In this document: positions 61,154 through 64,000 of the stretch, piece after piece
Numbering within the stretch: position 1 is the first letter of the stretch
How the letters are laid out: the number at the start of each line of letters is the position of its first letter
Source: Mobula hypostoma
Lineage: Eukaryota
Reading direction: 5' to 3'
Assembly (NCBI RefSeq): GCF_963921235.1
Contig: NC_086097.1
Location: 6,324,001-6,388,000 of the forward strand
Length of the DNA: 64,000 bases
Translations under genes and position numbers: made by a program
Notes under the pieces: model-generated
What the model saw: only the letters and a program-made list of their open reading frames with translations
Databases searched by the model: none
What the model was told of the DNA's origin: nothing

Positions 61154-62010
61154 CACTAAGGCACATTTTAACAGGATGCACCACGAGCCTTGCCTCACCC
61201 AGGGGCGGTACACTTGGCGGCATAACCAAGTTCTCAGACAGCTGGCATCAATCTTGGAACACAGGTGAATCACCACAAATGTTCTCCCACAAACATCGGC
61301 AGGAAATGTCCACATCACACGATTTGTACCAGCAGGCCAACCTCCAGAGCACCATATAACATCAAAAGATGTAAGCATTCTGCAGGTTGCTCGGGATTGG
61401 AAAATGGACATGGACTTGGAAAAAAGGCTAGTGTTTCTCCCAGACATTGCGGCTACAACACTCAGGCCAGGCGTGGTCCTGTGGTCCACAACAGCCAAGC
61501 TGGCATATGTTGTGGAATTGACAGTACCATGGGAAGATGGTGTCGAAGAAGCTTATGAGAGGAAAAAGACCAAGTACTCTGAACTGGCAACTGAAGCTGC
61601 CCGGAATGGCTGGAAGACCAAGACTTTCCCTGTAGAAGTGGGATGCAGGGGATTCGTTGCTACATCTACGACCAGTCTATTGAAGAAGATGGGGGTGAGG
61701 GGTCACTCCCTCCAACAAGCAATCAAGTCCTTGTCAAATGCAGCAGAAGAAAGCAGCAACTGGATTTGGATTAAAAGGAAAGACAACAACTGGGCTGCAA
61801 GATGAAGACAGGATGGTATGGAACTGAGGGGGTGTATCTGGGACGCCAGGTAGCACCGTTGAGCCCTCTGGAGACGTCGTGGGCTTATCAATGAAACATC
61901 AAAGAAGAAGGGTTTCCACCTGATGACCCCGATGACGTACCTTCCCTCACTCCCTGTCACCACTCCAAGCCCACTGCCAACATCGAGAGTGCTGACTTAC
62001 CATAGGGAAA
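61154..62010 (+). pseudogene. 5'-truncated Hero-clade non-LTR element: zinc-knuckle end, RHN motif, restriction-like endonuclease, 3' UTR
   Basis: LRHILTGC..QGRYTWRHNQVLRQLA; TTLRPGVVLWS..VVELTVPWE..AYERKKTKY..FPVEVGCRGF..SNWIWIKR (RPD changed to RPG). Confidence 0.9.
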
Positions 62011-62019
62011 AAAAGAAAA

Positions 62020-62435
62020 GGGCCCATTCAAATTAAACAGTCAAATGTGCACAAGTTGGAGCTCATCCTGAACTTCTCGGTCACTCGCGTGCTGGGCCCT
62101 CGGTCGATGTGAATGCCCACACCACCTTCCGAACGTCGCTCGCAATCCATCTCAAACAAACGGGGCTCCCACCGGATCGTATGCTACGATCGGTTCTCCC
62201 CAGCATCTTCTCTCTTCATCTCCTCTCGAATGAAAGCCCCAAGCCCAACCTTAGAGTCCCTCACCAGAGAAAACACCCCTTAATCCGACCATCCTAATTG
62301 GATGGCACATATTTCTCCTCTCTCTTATCTTCAGCAGTAACTCAAACATAAACTAAAAACAAGCAGCTCACACAGATAACACAAATTGCAATACAGAACA
62401 GGATAACAGTAAAAAATATGAACCAGGGCACTGCA
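62020..62435 (-). mobile_element. Partial LTR
   Basis: Minus strand starts TGCAGTGCCCTGG exactly where the Rex UTR resumes; CCAAT box; no CA end visible. Confidence 0.55.
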
Positions 62436-62744
62436 TATACTTACAGTAATTCACATTTTATTTCTCTATTATTATATATTGCATCATACTGTTTTCACAA
62501 AAAACAACATATTTCACAGCATATGCCACTGATATTCACCTGATTCTGATCTCCTGCAGCACATTTTCTATCCACTCGCTGTTAAATTTCAAACAAATCA
62601 GCTTTGGTAGACATAACATTATTGAAATTAATAGAATAAACTTAAATCTTCATATTGGATAAATTATGCTTTGACTTATCAATTTCTCTTCTATTAAAGC
62701 ACCAATCAAACAGAACAATTGTATATCAGATATTGCATCACACG

Positions 62745-63547
62745 GAGGGCGGGGCAAAGTTAAGATGGCGCTAAACAGTGACTGCTTTGCTTGCATCTTT
62801 GGAAACAGATCTACTTCTCTCTTTGATATCTCATTTTTCCCCTTTTCAAGGATTTTTTGCAGACCCGGACATGGAGTTACACTCTGACTTTGGTTCTTTG
62901 CGGGAATGGGACCTGCTCTCAGGGCCTCACGACCACCGCTTTTCGTTATGCCAAGGACGTGGCCTGGAAGACTAGCGTGCCTTCAGGGTGCCAGATTTTC
63001 GAGGCTCTGGAAACAGGCTGATTCAAGGCCAGTGCCCCTGACTGAGGCATCAGGGGAGAACTTGGAACATCAGGAGATGTGCATCCAGAGCCAACTCTCT
63101 GGGCGTAGAGCCAGAAAAAAGTGACGCAACAGACTTTTAACATCATAAATCAGCTAGTTGCTTGTTATATCTCCCCTCTTGCTGTGAAATGGGACACCTC
63201 TATTTCCCTTATTAGGGAGAGAGAGAGAGAGAGCCTGTGGTATGTCGAATTACCAGGGCATGAGTAGTCTTTGGGGTACTGCAAGTCTGTGTCTTTATTC
63301 GTGCTTTGCTGTACGCTTGAGTGCTTGCTGGAGGGTGCTGATGCTTTTTGCTGGTGAGGGAGGAAGGGATTCGTTGCGTTGTGTGTGGGTGGGGGGCTGG
63401 GGAAGCTTTGGGGTTCTAAAGTTTAACTGTCATTCATTCTTTGGGACACTCCTCTGTTTTCGTGGATGTTTGCAAAGAAGAAGAATTTTAGGATGTATAT
63501 TGTATATATTTCTCCGACATTAAATGTACCTATTGAACCTATTGAAA
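62745..63547 (+). mobile_element. Apparently full-length non-autonomous retroposon: GC box plus AAGATGGCG head, Rex-like tail
   Basis: gggcggggc..AAGATGGCG (62762-62770); ends attaaatgtacctattgaacctattgaa; related copies at 20670 and 22180. Confidence 0.75.
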
Positions 63548-63634
63548 CTAGGTTTCAAGAGCAAAACCAAGAAAGCATACAGGAACGAAGAGAAAAATCG
63601 CAGAACGAGCATGTCAGTTTTGAATTAGAGTTAT

Positions 63635-64000
63635 TGAGTCATAGAAGACTAGAGCACATAAAAAGGCCCTTTGGCCCATCTAGTTTGTGCCAAACTGTTA
63701 TTCTGCAGTTCAATCAACTCACACCTGGACCACAGCCTTCTATGCCCCTCCCATCCATGTACTTATCCAAACATAAGACCATAAGATATAGAAGCAGATT
63801 TAGGTCATTTGGCCCATTGAGTCTGCTCTGCCATTTCATTATGACTGATCCATTTTCCTTCTTAGCCCCAATCTCCTGTCTTCTCCCCATATCTCTTCAT
63901 GCCCTCACTATTCAAGAATCTATCAACCTATGCCTTAAATATAACCTATATCTTGGCCTCCACAGCCACCTGTGGCAACAAATTCCACAGATTCACCACT
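63635..64000 (-). mobile_element. Two stacked CR1 3' ends (the second runs off the window)
   Basis: gagtcatagaag..ggccctttggcccatc; cataagaccataagatatag..ttggcccattgagtctgctc. Confidence 0.85.

Larger units (their letters stand above)
60520..62550 (+). mobile_element. Rex1/Babar 3' fragment whose (TA)n tract is interrupted by Hero and LTR sequence (61154-62435)
   Basis: ERMSNFKFLRVKTSEDLTW..KAQQQLYFIRSLRRFGM; UTR resumes at 62436 (tatacttacagtaattc..ctgattctgat). Confidence 0.85.

Noticed and set aside
61870..61940. GAAACATC ... CTGATGA in the Hero 3' UTR as a permuted hammerhead
   Set aside because: I could not form stems I and II around the core; it looks more like ordinary 3' UTR stem-loops.
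1..64000. Prokaryotic systems (operons, CRISPR arrays, retrons, defence islands)
   Set aside because: No long ORFs or repeat-spacer arrays; RT fragments belong to eukaryotic CR1, Rex, Penelope and Hero families.

Overview
Repeat-saturated vertebrate DNA, not prokaryotic. The repeat mix (CR1 with SGNH-esterase ORF1, Rex1/Babar, Penelope, V-SINE, Deu-domain SINE, Hero, Tc1, Tigger) points by inference to a cartilaginous fish, probably a ray. I found no host exon or intact gene, so the window is intergenic or deep intronic; recognisable ORFs are degenerate TE fragments or their off-frame readings. Highlights: (1) a 1362-bp element (54797-56158) built from a Tf1/sushi-type self-priming Gypsy LTR plus an INVERTED partial copy of the same LTR, giving TGTCAC...GTGACA ends, inserted at one point in a Penelope relic; (2) many minimal hammerhead ribozymes in Penelope pseudo-LTRs, including a 248-bp palindromic mini-element with intact ribozyme cores on both strands and a perfect 15-bp TSD (59430-59677); (3) non-autonomous retroposons with Pol II-like heads and LINE-like tails; (4) a 15-bp minisatellite with an 11-unit higher-order duplication; (5) a few TE-free islands that may be conserved non-coding elements. 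Family names come from motif recognition, not database searches. Boundaries of old repeats are approximate (tens of bp); TSD, TIR, LTR and ribozyme coordinates were read directly.
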